NCBI GenBank assembly: GCA_964016885.1
Contig: OZ024741.1
Coordinates: 343,976,001 to 344,040,000 of the forward strand
Length of the DNA: 64,000 nt
Direction of reading: 5' to 3'
From: Eledone cirrhosa
Lineage: Eukaryota
In this document: piece after piece, positions 1 through 16,170 of the stretch
How positions within the stretch are numbered: position 1 is the first letter of the stretch
Layout of the letters: every line of letters starts with the position of its first letter
Made by a program: the position numbers and the translations under genes
The notes under the pieces: model-generated
Seen by the model: only the letters and a program-made list of their open reading frames with translations
Database searches by the model: none
What the model was told of the DNA's origin: nothing

Positions 1-530
1 CACCTTTCATCTATGCATAAATAAACATTCCACGATTCATTAACGTTGAGTCTTTATCTTTGTCGGTATCGTTGAGGTTCCACACAAAGCATGCGGGCTT
101 CGTTGCATATTTCTTGACTGTGTTTTTTAAGGGAAACGGCTTTTGAAGCGGCTCGCTGTCGTGCCTACAGAGGTTATATGTTTGGTTAAGGGGCATATTT
201 CTGGTTTTCTGCACGAGAAACCGGGTATCAGAACACTCAGGTGATTCTTTTAGATGTGTAATTTTATATTTTCGATGCAGGAATAGCCACTTTACTGAGT
301 GGTGGTAGAATATTTGTACTTATGAGATTATGACATACAGGAGGATGTTTTAGTGGAAAAAAGCCAACTCGCAACTCCATAGAAATATTAAACGAAACAA
401 TATATTCTGGAAATGAACCTACCATAATATGGCGAACCGATGAGTTGGAGTATTTCAATACATTAATGAAACGCACGTATTTGTGTTATGTAATTGTTGT
501 AGTTATTTAATCTAATTGTACATCTCAACA
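1..530 (-). pseudogene. Decayed Penelope-like element C-terminal region (linker and GIY-YIG), frameshifted
   Basis: Minus-strand frames read ...GYSCIENIKLHI*KNH...SCRKPEICPL...SVGTTASRFKSRF...KKYATKPACFVWNL. This resembles the PLE pattern SYSCxxN / CxCRxxxxCPL / YIGxTxxxFKxR / YxTxLxxxxWxL. It has stops and frameshifts and is bounded by (TA)n near 590. Confidence 0.6.
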
Positions 531-807
531 TCTTCTAGGGGCTCCGTACTCTGATAGGTTTAGATAACTTCTAGCTAATTTCTACAATAATATATATATA
601 TATATATTTATTTATTTATTTACTGCATTAAGTGTGGTAGAAACTCGAGTACGGCTATAAATTTATGGTACCGATTTACGTGTGTTGTATCGAGGCCGAT
701 AAGTTTGTGTCTACTCTGGGATTTACACGTAACCTTACCTATTGAGTATGCTGAGATACAACCATTACTAACAGAGAAACTTTATGGTAGTACTGTTAGC
801 TTCTTAG

Positions 808-809
<2 letters not shown>

Positions 810-892
<83 letters not shown>
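810..892. repeat. (TA)n microsatellite
   Basis: Direct reading. Confidence 0.98.
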
Positions 893-894
<2 letters not shown>

Positions 895-1913
895 TTATAA
901 GAATCAAAGTTTTGTTCAAATCATTCATATGCTTACAATTGTTTCCTCCAAACCGAGGTTTGGATTGTTCGGAGCAGTTTATTAATGAATGAACACATAT
1001 ATGACCTCCTTTTCAACCCAAGAGACATACAGATACATATGCAAACATTGTTGCTTGGTGGGTCGACATCCATTATAACATTTAGTGTACATTTAGAGAT
1101 TACATTCATATTAAAAGAGGATAAAATCAAAAATTCAGGTTAAAATATATGAAATTAATGTGATAGGATAGTCATAAGCAGTTATTGAGTGCAATAGTTA
1201 CACGTGTGGCAAGCACGTGTGTCTTGTTTATATAATGCTATAGTGCAGCAGAGTGTTACATGTAATAGAAGCACTTACACGGGTGATCAAGAGTGTTAAG
1301 GGGGTTGAACTGGTAGTGAATCCTTTATATAAACGTTATAGCCTGTGCGTGGAGAAATAATATAAACATTAAAAATATTGGAAATACGTAGCAAAGCGAT
1401 GATATTGATTTCATGTACAGCACCATTTTCACAGTCCGGGGAGCGTATTATTCAGATTATATGCCCCTCACATAATCCACGATGATTCGATATTGGGCGT
1501 TTGACGATTCTGCTAGAGTATCGTAGTTTGTTGGTCTTTAGCTCAATATAGCAGGTTGTTAAGATGCGAGGATCAACATCGAATTAATTTCCGGAAGTGT
1601 GTGTGTGACTAAGGGGAGTTAATGCGTGCGGGGAGGTAACTCAGTGGTTTCTATGACTAAATATTAAATGGTGTCTCAAAATAGTCCCTATCTTGTATGG
1701 TTATATACAGTTTCTAAAAATTTAAAGTGTCTTAACTATAATGTAGTCTATTAAGAAGTACTAAAGGTGTTCATATTAGGGTGATTATCCTCCATTATAG
1801 AGTGCCACAATTGAATATTTCACACGATGAGAGAGATTTCCAAATCAATGATCATTGTGATTGTAGTCTACTCACAGAACCTGGCAGGGTGATTATAGAA
1901 TCACTTCTATATA

Positions 1914-2102
1914 TAATTGTTTCTACATTTGGCACAAGGCCAGCAAATTACCCAGTGCATTACTGGTACTTTATTTTATCGACCCCGTAAGGATGAAAGG
2001 CAAAGTCAACCTCGGCGGGATTTGAACTCAGATCGTAAAGGGACGTAACTCTGCTGGAAAGCATGGCGTCCGACCCTCTACCGATACTGCCAATCCACCA
2101 CC
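1914..2102 (-). mobile_element. ~190 bp tRNA-head SINE (abundant family)
   Basis: Reverse complement has A-box-like TGGCAGTATCGG and B-box GAGTTCAAATCC, a core gcctttcatccttacggggtcgataaaataaagtaccag and a tail tagaaacaattat. More than 10 copies occur in the window. Confidence 0.85.
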
Positions 2103-2804
2103 AATCCATCACTTCTATATATAATAATCCCTGGTAAGCTCTGGGCCAGTGCATGTAATATTGGATGTCAAAGTTTAACTATCACTAGGGTAGACCAGAG
2201 GTCTATCCACACTCATCATGTCACTAATCTGACATGCAACTACCACGAAATAATTGAACTCAGATCGTAAAGCAACTACCACGAATTATTATTTCGTGGT
2301 AGTTGCTTTAGTATTTTGGCCCCCCATTTGTTGACCCGTCACCGAAAGATATACTCGGTTGATTACTTATACCTCTTAAAAGGGCCCCATTATAATTCCG
2401 TCCCACCTAGTAAACCTTTCTTTAGTCTAGCAGTACCAGTGAGAGACTTCATAGCTGTCCTTATGTTATAGTAACCAGAAATTGTTTTTTTTTTTACATT
2501 TAATTGTTTTTTTTTTAACATTCTCGGTATTTTTCTATATATTTACCCTATATTGTTTTACTTATTGTTTCGACTTCCCCCCACCCATCCCTAGTATACT
2601 TCTCTTGACCTCTTATCCTTAGGATTCTGCTGTAGTTGACACTATCAACGCACAACTGGGTTCCCCCACTCCCTCTCCCTCTTTCTTCTATTGGCAAGTT
2701 CAGCTACCCCTCCCCTCCACAAATTGCCATGATAGAATTATGTGTCTCAACAACAAACTTTTGACCAATCGTTGTGACGATCACTTTTACCATATATGGA
2801 ATTA

Positions 2805-2899
2805 ACCCCTGAGAAGCTCGGCTATTCATATACCAGGATAAAAAGGTTCATTTAGTCCAGAATTAGCCGTCGAAACGGCTTGAGCTCAGCCGTCGGGGT
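2805..2899 (+). ncRNA. Type I hammerhead-like motif, U3-A8 family, core one nt short
   Basis: acccc-TGAGAA-gctcggcta...tagccgtc-GAAA-cggcttgagctcagccg-TC-ggggt; homologous to 44371-44466 and 47566-47661. Confidence 0.5.
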
Positions 2900-2909
2900 C
2901 CTACTCGTT

Positions 2910-5319
<2,410 letters not shown>

Positions 5320-5565
5320 TAAACGGAAAAGAAAATGCTGACAAATTGTTCAAAGTGAAAAATAGTTTAATTAGGAATAAGTGAAAATTAGTAATAGTAT
5401 TGGTTACTATTCTGTTTTGGTTTTAAGTTTTACCGGTTACGTATTTCTAATGCTTTTCAAAAATAATTTTGAGATAGAGCGTCCGTGATGTTTGCTCTAA
5501 TCTGATTAGTTTTGGTAATTCTTATATATTTGGAAATTCTTATATATATTAAAATAACAGATTTA

Positions 5566-5616
5566 AGTTTAAGCAAAGAATCGCTGCTTTCACCCTTAAC
5601 GGGATCTTCTGAAACT
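5566..5616 (-). ncRNA. Hammerhead-like motif with CAGAAGA core (U4A variant)
   Basis: Minus strand: agttt-CAGAAGA-tcccgttaagggt-GAAA-gcagcgattctttgc-TT-aaact; copies at 24262, 42799 and 48270. Confidence 0.45.
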
Positions 5617-5835
5617 AACAAAGTCAATATGTATATATATACATTATATACATTATATACATTAATATAAGGAACTTGTTCTTTGTTTTTATTTCATTGT
5701 TTTTATTAATTATCTTGACTCTGCTCTCCTATGATTTTTATCGAACATTTTTGATTGCACATTCTCTTTTCATGATATTTGAGTTCTTCATACGGATTGG
5801 ACACTACCGTATATTTTGATAGATTTATCTATCTA

Positions 5836-5915
<80 letters not shown>

Positions 5916-5934
5916 TATACATATATATATACCT

Positions 5935-6024
<90 letters not shown>

Positions 6025-6087
6025 ATATATATATATATACACATTACTTTATGAATAACAATCAAAGAGTGTTTAATAACATTTAAT

Positions 6088-6134
6088 TACTAACGATTGT
6101 CTCATCCAAGCGCAAGGCCGACATCGTCGGAGTA
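6088..6134 (-). ncRNA. Degenerate hammerhead-like motif
   Basis: Minus strand: tact-CCGACGA-...-GAGA-caatcg-TT-agta; two core substitutions. Confidence 0.3.
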
Positions 6135-6617
6135 GAAATCATAAGTTAGAACACAGATAACTTTGTTGAACAACATTCGGGGATACCATAAATGGCAAGA
6201 AAGCTAAAATAATAGATGTTAACATATATTTAAGAGAGGAAAGCAAGAAGCACATGGGAAGCATGTTCATATAAATATGATTAAGAACATTAAAAATAGG
6301 CTGATATAGAGGAAAGAAAAAAGAAAAATTCTTCTATAAGGAATTAAGCATAAAGTAGGAATATCATGCATTGACAAATTTACACACAATACAAACAATT
6401 CAAAGTCTATAAAAGCTAGTGCATGGATCAAATATGAACTTAAATTTAAGAATGTAACAGTAATCATCAAGGTACATTTCGTTAGTAATTAAATGTTATT
6501 AAACACTCTTTGGTTGTTATTTCTAAAGAATTCCGGCTCTGTATCGTATTTGTTATTTTACATCGAGCTACTCTCATACTGGTAATTGGATAATATTAAT
6601 ATAACCCATATTATTTA

Positions 6618-6709
<92 letters not shown>

Positions 6710-6766
6710 TGTATGTATATAGTGACGAAACATAAGTCAATTGTATGAACTCATAATCCTTTATTT

Positions 6767-6822
6767 ACTGGTATATATATTTCGATGATAGCCATTGCAT
6801 GGCTATGACCTCATCAGGCAGT
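6767..6822 (-). ncRNA. Type I hammerhead ribozyme motif
   Basis: Minus strand: actgc-CTGATGA-ggtcatagccatgcaatggctatcatc-GAAA-tatata-TA-ccagt. A truncated sibling near 56280-56355 has gcagt, which gives a full helix I. Confidence 0.7.
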
Positions 6823-6881
6823 TAGTCAGTTCTTAGATATGCCAGCTCTGTGTTTATGGTGTTGATGGTATCAGAGCCTCG

Positions 6882-6970
<89 letters not shown>

Positions 6971-7004
6971 AGATTTCGCTTCAAGCATAGCTTTATACAA
7001 TATG

Positions 7005-7355
7005 TATAAATATTTCGTATCTCCAAAGAAATTCAGTTTTAGGAAGCCGTAGCTATGCAAACAACGGGGGGCTAACGCCCTCTGGTGATGTCCAGCAGAA
7101 GCAAGGGGGACAACCGTCTATGCATTTCAGGCTTAACTGGCCTTCGTCAGGACAGTCCCTCCTTTTCAGCTGTCTTCTAGTCCGGCAGTGGCAAGCGGTG
7201 GGAGGGACCGTCCTAACGAAGGCCAGTTAAGCCTGAAATACATAGACGGTTGTCCCCCTTGCTTCTGCTGGACATCACCAGAGGGCGTTAGCCCCCCGGT
7301 GTTTGCATAGCTACGGCTTCCTAAAACTGAATTTCTTTGGAGATACGAAATATTT

Positions 7356-7360
<5 letters not shown>
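7005..7360. repeat. Inverted-repeat module between microsatellites
   Basis: About 7005-7160 is the reverse complement of about 7200-7360. Confidence 0.85.
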
Positions 7361-7412
<52 letters not shown>

Positions 7413-7849
7413 AACAAGTATGACCCCGACGGCAGAGTGCAAGCCGTTTCGACGGCTAATTCTGGACTATTACCCACTCTACTACCTTAAGTATTGAGTA
7501 CTTTGGTGCGTTATGGTCCATCTGGTTCCTTACCACATTTCCTTCGTTATATATATATATATATATAGAAGTAGTTCCTCAACAGTTAATTCACAATACC
7601 GAGAACAAACTCGTGAATTACTGTTGTGGAACTACTTCTACCAAACTCCTTCCATAGACTAGGTGTACTACTACTACGGATATAGCTCATTAGTGTTCTA
7701 CTATTATATACACACACATATATATATATATATATATAATTGGTATTGGATGGTTAAAGCGTCCGTATGCGGTAGCTCGTATGAGCACTCGATGCCCTCC
7801 TAGAGCAGAGTATGATATATATATATATATGATATATATAATATATATA

Positions 7850-7889
<40 letters not shown>

Positions 7890-7909
7890 ATAATTGAATA
7901 TAAAAGAGA

Positions 7910-8510
7910 GCTAAACACAGATATATACATATATGTATTCAAATCGTAAAGGACCAGATTCGCTCGGGTGAAAAAAATACTAACTATGAACAATAGGGTT
8001 TGCCAGACTCAATTTAAAAGAATAAATTAAGAAAAAAATATAAACCGAAATTGTGACATCTATCAAACAACCAGACAGTTTTTGGTAATGCTCTTTCTTG
8101 AATTTGTAGAGCTACTTTAAATGTCGAGTGAACTTGGCTGCTATTTTTAGTAGCATACGTTTACGAGACACGCTAGGCCCTGGATGCCATGTGCGTTATT
8201 TTATATACGCACACCATTCATTCTTCTGAGATACTTAGAAGTGAAAGGCTTACTAATTCCTCGCCCACTAAAGAGCAATAGAATTTGTAATTCCCTTTCA
8301 CTAATTTGCGAAGCAGCATTACTAAAAGCTGCCTGGGTGTTTGATAGTTGTCACAATTTCGGTTTGTATTTTTTTCTGAATTTATTCTTTTAAAATGAGT
8401 CTGGCAAACCTTATTGTTCATAGTTAGTATTTTTTTCTCCCTATCGAATCTCGTCCCTTACGATTTGAACACACATATGTATATATCTGTGTTTATCTCT
8501 CTTTTATATT
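7910..8510. repeat. Inverted-repeat module (arms about 7910-8095 and 8315-8510)
   Basis: tttgccagactcaatttaaaagaataaatt... versus ...aatttattcttttaaaatgagtctggcaaa. Confidence 0.75.
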
Positions 8511-8590
8511 ACACGGCCCGGAAAATTTTCTTGCCTTGAGCTATTTAATTGTAAGAGACAATTTTGAGTTTTTAACTCAATATATACTTT

Positions 8591-8625
<35 letters not shown>

Positions 8626-8629
<4 letters not shown>

Positions 8630-8908
8630 GTCCTTCATCAGTGATCTTCCAACCTTCATTGGTATTTCTTCGCTTTAAAGATCATATACCTTTGGTTGGT
8701 GCGAACGATAACTAAAGAAAGTTATTGGGACACGTAAAATAGGGTGAAGCGAGCGAGATATGTTTGTTTACATGTCTCGCTCGCTTCACCCTATTTTACG
8801 TGTCCCAATAACTTTCTTTAGTTATTGCTCGCACCAACCAGAAGTATATGATCTTTTAAACGAAGAAATACCAATGAAGGTTGGAAGATCACTGATGAAG
8901 GACTAATG
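8626..8908. repeat. Near-perfect hairpin module flanked by (TA)n
   Basis: 8626-8760 is the reverse complement of 8772-8908; it has CTGATGA but no matching GAAA. Confidence 0.85.
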
Positions 8909-8973
8909 TTATTCATATGTAACCCATGTGCAACCACGGAGCACGTCATTTTTCATATATATATATATATATA

Positions 8974-9995
8974 TGAAAGACGTAAAATAAGAAAATTTTA
9001 AAAATTAAAAATTAACTTACTTACTTAAATTTTCACTCCAACTAATTAGTTTCTGTAATGGGATAAAAATAGTTACGCAATGTAACCATCGAGAATTCAT
9101 TACGTCATCAGGGAGTCTATTCTCAGCTAAGTGTCCAGGCAATGAGCGGACACTAGGGACTCATATAAAAATAATAATTCGGTGGATGGAACAGCTAGCG
9201 GGGACTGAATTTCATAGCACTGAAAAAGTTCACTGTCTCTGGTCAAATGGCAGATTCTAAAGAATCAATCACGTGACACTGAGGCTAGTCGGAAGGAGTG
9301 GGGTGGTATAATGACAAAAGCCTACTACCACTACCATGAATTAGTAGTGGATATGGCAAGTTTGCTCAACAAATAAATAATTTGGAGACAAATATAGAGA
9401 ATTAGTATATTTACCAACATATGCGTACAGCTGTACACTAATGCTAGCAAATACATAAGTTATGTCATAGTACCTAGGTGGTTCAATGCAGGAGGATGCA
9501 GAACAATTATATGAAAGACGTAAAATAAGAAAATTTTAAAAATTAAAAATTAACTTACTAAAATTTTCACTCCAAGTAATTAGTTTCTGTAATGGGATAA
9601 AGATAGTTACGCAATGTAACCATCGAGAATTCATTACGTCATCAGGGAGTCTATTCTTAGCTAAGTCACCAGGCAATGCGCGGACACTAGGGACTCATAT
9701 AAAAATAATAATTCGGTGGATGGAACAGCTAGCGGGGACTGAATTTCATAGCACTGAAAAAGTTCACTGTCTCTGGTCAAATGGCAGATTCTAAAGAATC
9801 AATCACGTGACACTGAAGCTAGTCAGTGAAAATTTTAGTAAGTTAATTTTTAATTTTTAAAATTTTCTTATTTTACGTCTTTCATATAATTGTTCTGCAT
9901 CCTCCTGCATTGAACCACCTAGGTACTATGACATAACTTATGTATTTGCTAGCATTAGTGTACATCTGTACGCATATGTTTGTAAATATACTAAT
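8974..9995. mobile_element. (TA)n-bounded module: tandem direct copies plus terminal inversion, two hammerheads
   Basis: 8974-9290 repeats at 9510-9825, and 9826-9995 inverts the junction region; a diverged sibling lies at 40917-41370. Confidence 0.75.
9035..9116 (-). ncRNA. Type I hammerhead ribozyme motif
   Basis: Minus strand: actcc-CTGATGA-cgtaatg...cattaca-GAAA-CTAATTAG-TT-ggagt; second copy at 9569-9650. Confidence 0.7.
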
Positions 9996-10058
<63 letters not shown>

Positions 10059-10209
10059 AACGAGTAAGGACCCCGACGGTTGAGCTGTCGAAACGGCCGG
10101 AGCTCAGCCGTCGGGGTCCTGACTCTTTCCTATTACCCACTCTACTACCATAAGTATCGAGTACTCTGGTGCGTTATGGTCCACCTTGTATTTTACTACA
10201 CTTCCTTCG

Positions 10210-10242
<33 letters not shown>

Positions 10243-10245
<3 letters not shown>

Positions 10246-10845
10246 AATATTCTACAATATATCTCAACACACAACCCAAGAAATGCAGAAGCTTCCAACA
10301 TTATTTACAAGAACATCCCACTATTGATGAAACAAGACCCAAGAATGAAAAAAGCCCTTGAAACACACAAAATAATCGAAAGCAAAAGACAACCGAAACC
10401 ACTAAAAACATTACTCACCAATGCCAAACTACCTACCACAAACCCACAACCAACTGTCAAAAAATGTAGTCGCTCTAATTGTGGAACCTGCACTCACCTG
10501 ATTGAAGGCAAGATGTATACATTTCAATCAGGACAAAATTTTTCTGTAAAAAATCACTTCACTTACTCATCAAAATATCTACTTTATGCCATTAAATGTA
10601 AAGGATGCAATGAAGATTATATAGGACAAACTAAACTCACACTCAGAAACAGAATGAGAGTTCATCGCCAACAATTACGAGATCCAACCACGAGACAGAT
10701 ACCACTAAGTGTACATCCAGACATATGCGAAAGCAATAAGACACCCAAATTCCAAGTCTTCCCTTTTTACCTTTGCGGTGACAATACAACAGAACAAATA
10801 CGAATAAATAAGGAAAATATGTTTATTAAAAAATATTTCTACTAA
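10243..10845 (+). pseudogene. PLE linker and GIY-YIG endonuclease fragment (Neptune-like)
   Basis: KRQPKPLKTLL...KKCSRSNCGTC...LLYAIKCKGCNEDYIGQT..LRNRMRVH...; the N-terminus of the listed ORF is (TA)n read-through. Confidence 0.85.
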
Positions 10846-11141
10846 CGGAATCATTTTCCTACAAACACACACACACACACACACAATATATATATATTCT
10901 CTTCATCTTAACATGCTAAGCATACTCCCATACACACATAACACTCATACACAGACACATACCCCCCCCACAACACAACTCCCTCCCCCATTTCTACTAA
11001 TAGAAACACTTTCCTACACACATACACACACACAAAATATATATATTCTCTCCATCTTAACATACTCCCACACACACACATAACACACATACACACACAC
11101 AACTCCCTCCCCCATTTCTACTAGTAGAATCATCTTCCTAT

Positions 11142-11252
<111 letters not shown>

Positions 11253-11834
11253 AGCACACAAATAAACATACATATCTCTACTTTCTTTATTTCAATAGAA
11301 AGTCTGAATTATGACACCCCAGCGCACCAGCCATATTCACTGAACGAGAACAATTCACCCCATCCCATTTCTCTTGACCATTATCTTTTGTTTGTCATAA
11401 AATTCTCTAAAAGGCTACAAAATAAATTCCCAAATACGGGCCCGTATTTTAATGAACTTGTTCACGTGACAGGATAATTTCATTTATAACCAATCAAATT
11501 ACATTTATAAAAAAAAGCTTTCGTGAGCCACCTTTTTTTTTTAAGTAAAAATAATTTCAAACAAACTGGCGCGAAAGCTGATGTGCTTATTCACATGACT
11601 GCGTCAACCAACCAAAGTTCACTCATATATGAAAAAACAACCTGATCCCCTCCCCCTTTGTTGAAGAACTTTGTAACGCGAACTGGCGCGAAATTTATTA
11701 TACTTATTCACCAACCAATCAAATTACTTCTATAAAAACCTGACGTTTCAAAGTACATTTTTCCATATAAAACAAGTAACATTCAGAGTCCAACCAGATG
11801 TGAGAAAAACCAGAGACTCTCCATCTCAACTCTA

Positions 11835-11870
11835 CTTTTGAAAAGCAGAAGAACTGCGAAACCGATAAAG
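11835..11870 (+). ncRNA. Minimal type I hammerhead, U3-A8 variant
   Basis: ctt-TTGAAAA-GCAGaagaaCTGC-GAAA-ccga-TA-aag; sibling on the minus strand at 47461-47498. Confidence 0.6.
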
Positions 11871-12001
11871 GAACCAAATAAATATATATATTTTTTATTA
11901 AATAAGACGTCAGTTGCATTTTCGATTTCATCTTTTTTCCCTATACTTTCACTCGTGTAGGTCACCTCGGTTATTTTTCATTTTGTAAAAAAAACATCAC
12001 C

Positions 12002-12810
<809 letters not shown>

Positions 12811-13842
12811 TGGTAAATTTGCAAAGGCGGAGGAAGGGAGGAGAAAAGTGAAAATGGAAACAAAAAAAAACAATGGAAAGCAAATCAAAAGAAAGAAAGA
12901 AGGACAAGGTAACATCGATTATGCACTGAAATCGAGTTAAGCACGTGCTGTAAGTATTTATCAGATATGTTTTTTTTCTCTTGGTTTTTTTGCTTCTTGA
13001 GTTTTTTTCATTTTCCTCTGTTTTTTGTTGTCTTTTTTCTTTTAATATTCATGCATTATTTTTTTTTGTTTGCAAGCTCTATTCCACATGGACACAATGC
13101 AGATTTTTCTGTGCACGTATCACATCTCAGGATCTCTAGACTCGCTGAGATTTCCTTATGAGATAATAGGCAGCTTTATCAATGCAAACTACAAGACATA
13201 GCATGATGCAGCTTCTACGTGCTCATTCTTCCTGCTGGAAATTGCAGCCAAATCCTTCTCAATATACATACGTTCATCTTAAATACGAACGTTTGTCGAC
13301 GTTAGAGCCTCTATTCCAACGTTAGCCGTTTTTTCGATATCAGCCTTCATCAATTTCTCGCCTTCCCTAGAAGAAAGTGACTGTGGTCAGACCCGGAGAG
13401 AAGATGGGTTCCGCCAGTTTTCAAAAGTGCCAAAAAACGCCGTATATCATTATTATTAAACCCGCATCAAAGTTCTCGAATAACTAATATGAGGATATAT
13501 CTTGTATGGATAAATGATTGGATGCAATCTAGCTTTGGATGTAATAAAGGATTATTTTCGAAATTCTTCATCGCTCGAAATTCAGAAAACGAAACCGACT
13601 ACAATCACCGAAACGATGTGTCTGCGTATATGAACTAAGATAAAGATGCATCTATGCAACTCCTTTTGAATCTGTAACACCTGATAGAGTCGTAGTTGCT
13701 CTGTATTGACATACGCCGTTTCCGGAACATTTTGTTTTATACCTGGCAGAGTCCATGCCCTCTTAAAACCTGAATGCAGTTAATTCAATCCAGGGTAAGG
13801 AAAGAGAGTGATAGAAAGGAAATGGGGGGATATAGAGGAAGA

Positions 13843-13985
13843 ATCGACCCCAGTACTGGAGTGGTATTTTTTTGGTCGACCTCGGAAGGTTAAAAGACAA
13901 AGTTGACCTCGGTAGGATTTGAAATCAGAGCATATTATTGCAAAACATTCTCTCTAACGTTCTAAGGATTTTGCCAACTTGCAAC
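13843..13985 (-). mobile_element. Diverged SINE copy
   Basis: tcgaccccagtactgg...aaagttgacctcggtaggatttgaa. Confidence 0.6.
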
Positions 13986-14249
13986 TTCCCTAGACGGTAG
14001 ACAAGTCAACAAAAGGAGACTTTAATAGTTCGATGTTGACGTTCTACAGAATACTAATAATCCACCTATTTATTTATTTTTTAATTGATGAGAACCGGAG
14101 AGAAAGAATCTACGTGCTAGAAACAGCAGGTAAATCTCTCTCAAACCTCACTCTTGTATGAATATAATTATATTGATGTCACCTAAAATATTCTATATTT
14201 GGAGAAAAAAACGCTAAAATTATAACTATAGTGTCATTGCTCACTCAGC

Positions 14250-14520
14250 GTAGATCAGACCATGGAATAAAAACAACCTCTTCCTCTTCGTACCGGTCGC
14301 CGTCGAGACCTCGGGCGTACTTGGAACCCGTACTGCCGAACTCTTCCGCAAGATCGGAACGTCGGCGGCACGTCTGAGGAAGGAGTCTCCCGAGGTGGGG
14401 TGGCTGTTGCAGGCAGTGTTGCTGGACATTGTCCGCGGAGTGCAGCCCCATTACCACCGCACCATTGACCCAGAGACCAATAACCCTCACTCTCCTCCCT
14501 CCCTCATTCTTCTGTGACAC
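14250..14520 (+). pseudogene. 3' fragment of a CRE-like (restriction-like endonuclease) non-LTR retrotransposon
   Basis: An unlisted plus-strand frame reads FLFVPVAVETSGVLGTRTAELFRKIG...EVGWLLQAVLLDIVRG, matching the CRE-type C-terminus FxPxAVETxGxxG...xLxQxxxxxxxRG; GC-rich island. Confidence 0.7.
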
Positions 14521-15689
14521 TAGATCCCTTGCCTTTCCCTTCCTTCTCCGTTTTTTCTTTTTTTTTGTATTTTCTTATTTTACATTCCATTCTTTCTTTT
14601 AAACCTGTCTTTTTTTCTTTTTTCTATAAAATTATATTTACATGATATATTTTTACATAAAATAAAATAATTTATAAATTCCAGACTCTTAAACCAAAAA
14701 GGACTTTGAATATCAAAACTGATATAGGAAATTGGCTCGACAAGAATATCAAACGCAGACTTAACAGAAAACTATTGTTCTTGGATACCATGAACAAATA
14801 TTTTTTATGGGATCATTGTGAACCTTTAAAATAGTAAATGGTGAGCAGGCAGGTAAAAAGAAAGAAATGTAGGGATATACCAAACAATTTCTAATTAGGT
14901 AACCTGTGTTGTATGGCTCCATTACAGGAATATCATTTACTTTATTTGACTCAGATATTTGCTGGAATCTTGGTTCTTTTCTAAAGTAACTCTGCTTTAT
15001 TTGCTAAAGTGAACTGTTCAGAAAAACCTGGTAAACGATCCTCACGTTTCAAACTAAAATCATAACAAAGCTCTCTTTTCTCCCATTTCTCTTTCCCTCT
15101 CTCCTTAATAGCTCACTCTCTTTGCTGCTATAGATCACTTGATAGGGACATTAGAAGACGACACTCCCTTGGTGCTTCTATATATTTTATCACTCAACCT
15201 GTTGATTCATTTTACAATCACAGCAAGAACCACCAATATAACACATAACATGTTTGTCAACATCACATTTCTACGCTAGAAATATCCCTATGATATACAA
15301 CAACTAGGTTTAATAATAACGTTTCAGTTTATATTGGCATGAAATATGAAAAAAATCATTTTTCATAACTAATATTTAAGTATAAAACTGGTTGGTTCCA
15401 AATTCCAAACATTTATATCAACAAATTCTTTCTCTTCTTTATACGAAACAATGAGTTTTCTATACAGCTTAGTATTTATGAAAATAAATCATACAATTAT
15501 GCTGCAAATAAAGATGGATTGACTAAACAGTGTTACACTGGGATTGTTAATATATGTCAATGTCTCTTTATAACATTTCATATTGCAAGAACTTACCAGT
15601 ATTAGTACCAAAATATTTGTTACTTTACTGGGTTATAAAGGCAATTCATTTTGGGAACAAATGCTACAATATTCTAATATTTGTTTAAA

Positions 15690-16170
15690 ATGTAGGCACA
15701 AAACCAGTAGTTATGGCGGAAAGGGGTAAAAATCGATTATATTATCCTAGTACTTGCTTGAATTGTACTTTATTTGATCAATCCCGGAAGAATGAAAGGC
15801 AAAATTGACTTTAGTGAGATGTGAGATTAAGATATAGAAAGTCGTAAGCGAATTCTTCAATCCATTTTAATCGATGGTCTACCGATATTCTAATATTGAT
15901 TTCTATTTTATTTAAAGGCCAGATAATTTGATGGTAGGGTAATGTTGATTAAATCAACCCGAGTATTTAACTGGATGAAAGGCAAACTAACCCCAGCTGA
16001 TTTAAACTCAGCTTTTTACATTCTGAGTTCAAATCTGCCGAGGTTAGCTTTGCCTTTCATTCTAACATGGTCGATAAAATAAAGTACCAGTAATGCTCTA
16101 GGATCGATTTAATCTAATTTCCCTTTCCTTTCAAATTGGTAGCTTTGTGCTATATGTAGGGACAATATTC
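15690..16170. mobile_element. Cluster of old SINE copies in both orientations
   Basis: gaatgaaaggcaaaattgac; ctgagttcaaatctgccgaggttagctttgcctttcat...aaagtaccag. Confidence 0.6.

Noticed and set aside
8221-8260. CTGAGA-tacttagaagt-GAAA as a hammerhead
   Set aside because: The core lacks N7 and helix I is not formed.
14241-14520. Minus-strand ORFs with an apparent GTGAG splice donor, suggesting a host exon
   Set aside because: The plus-strand frame matches a CRE-type retroelement C-terminus better.
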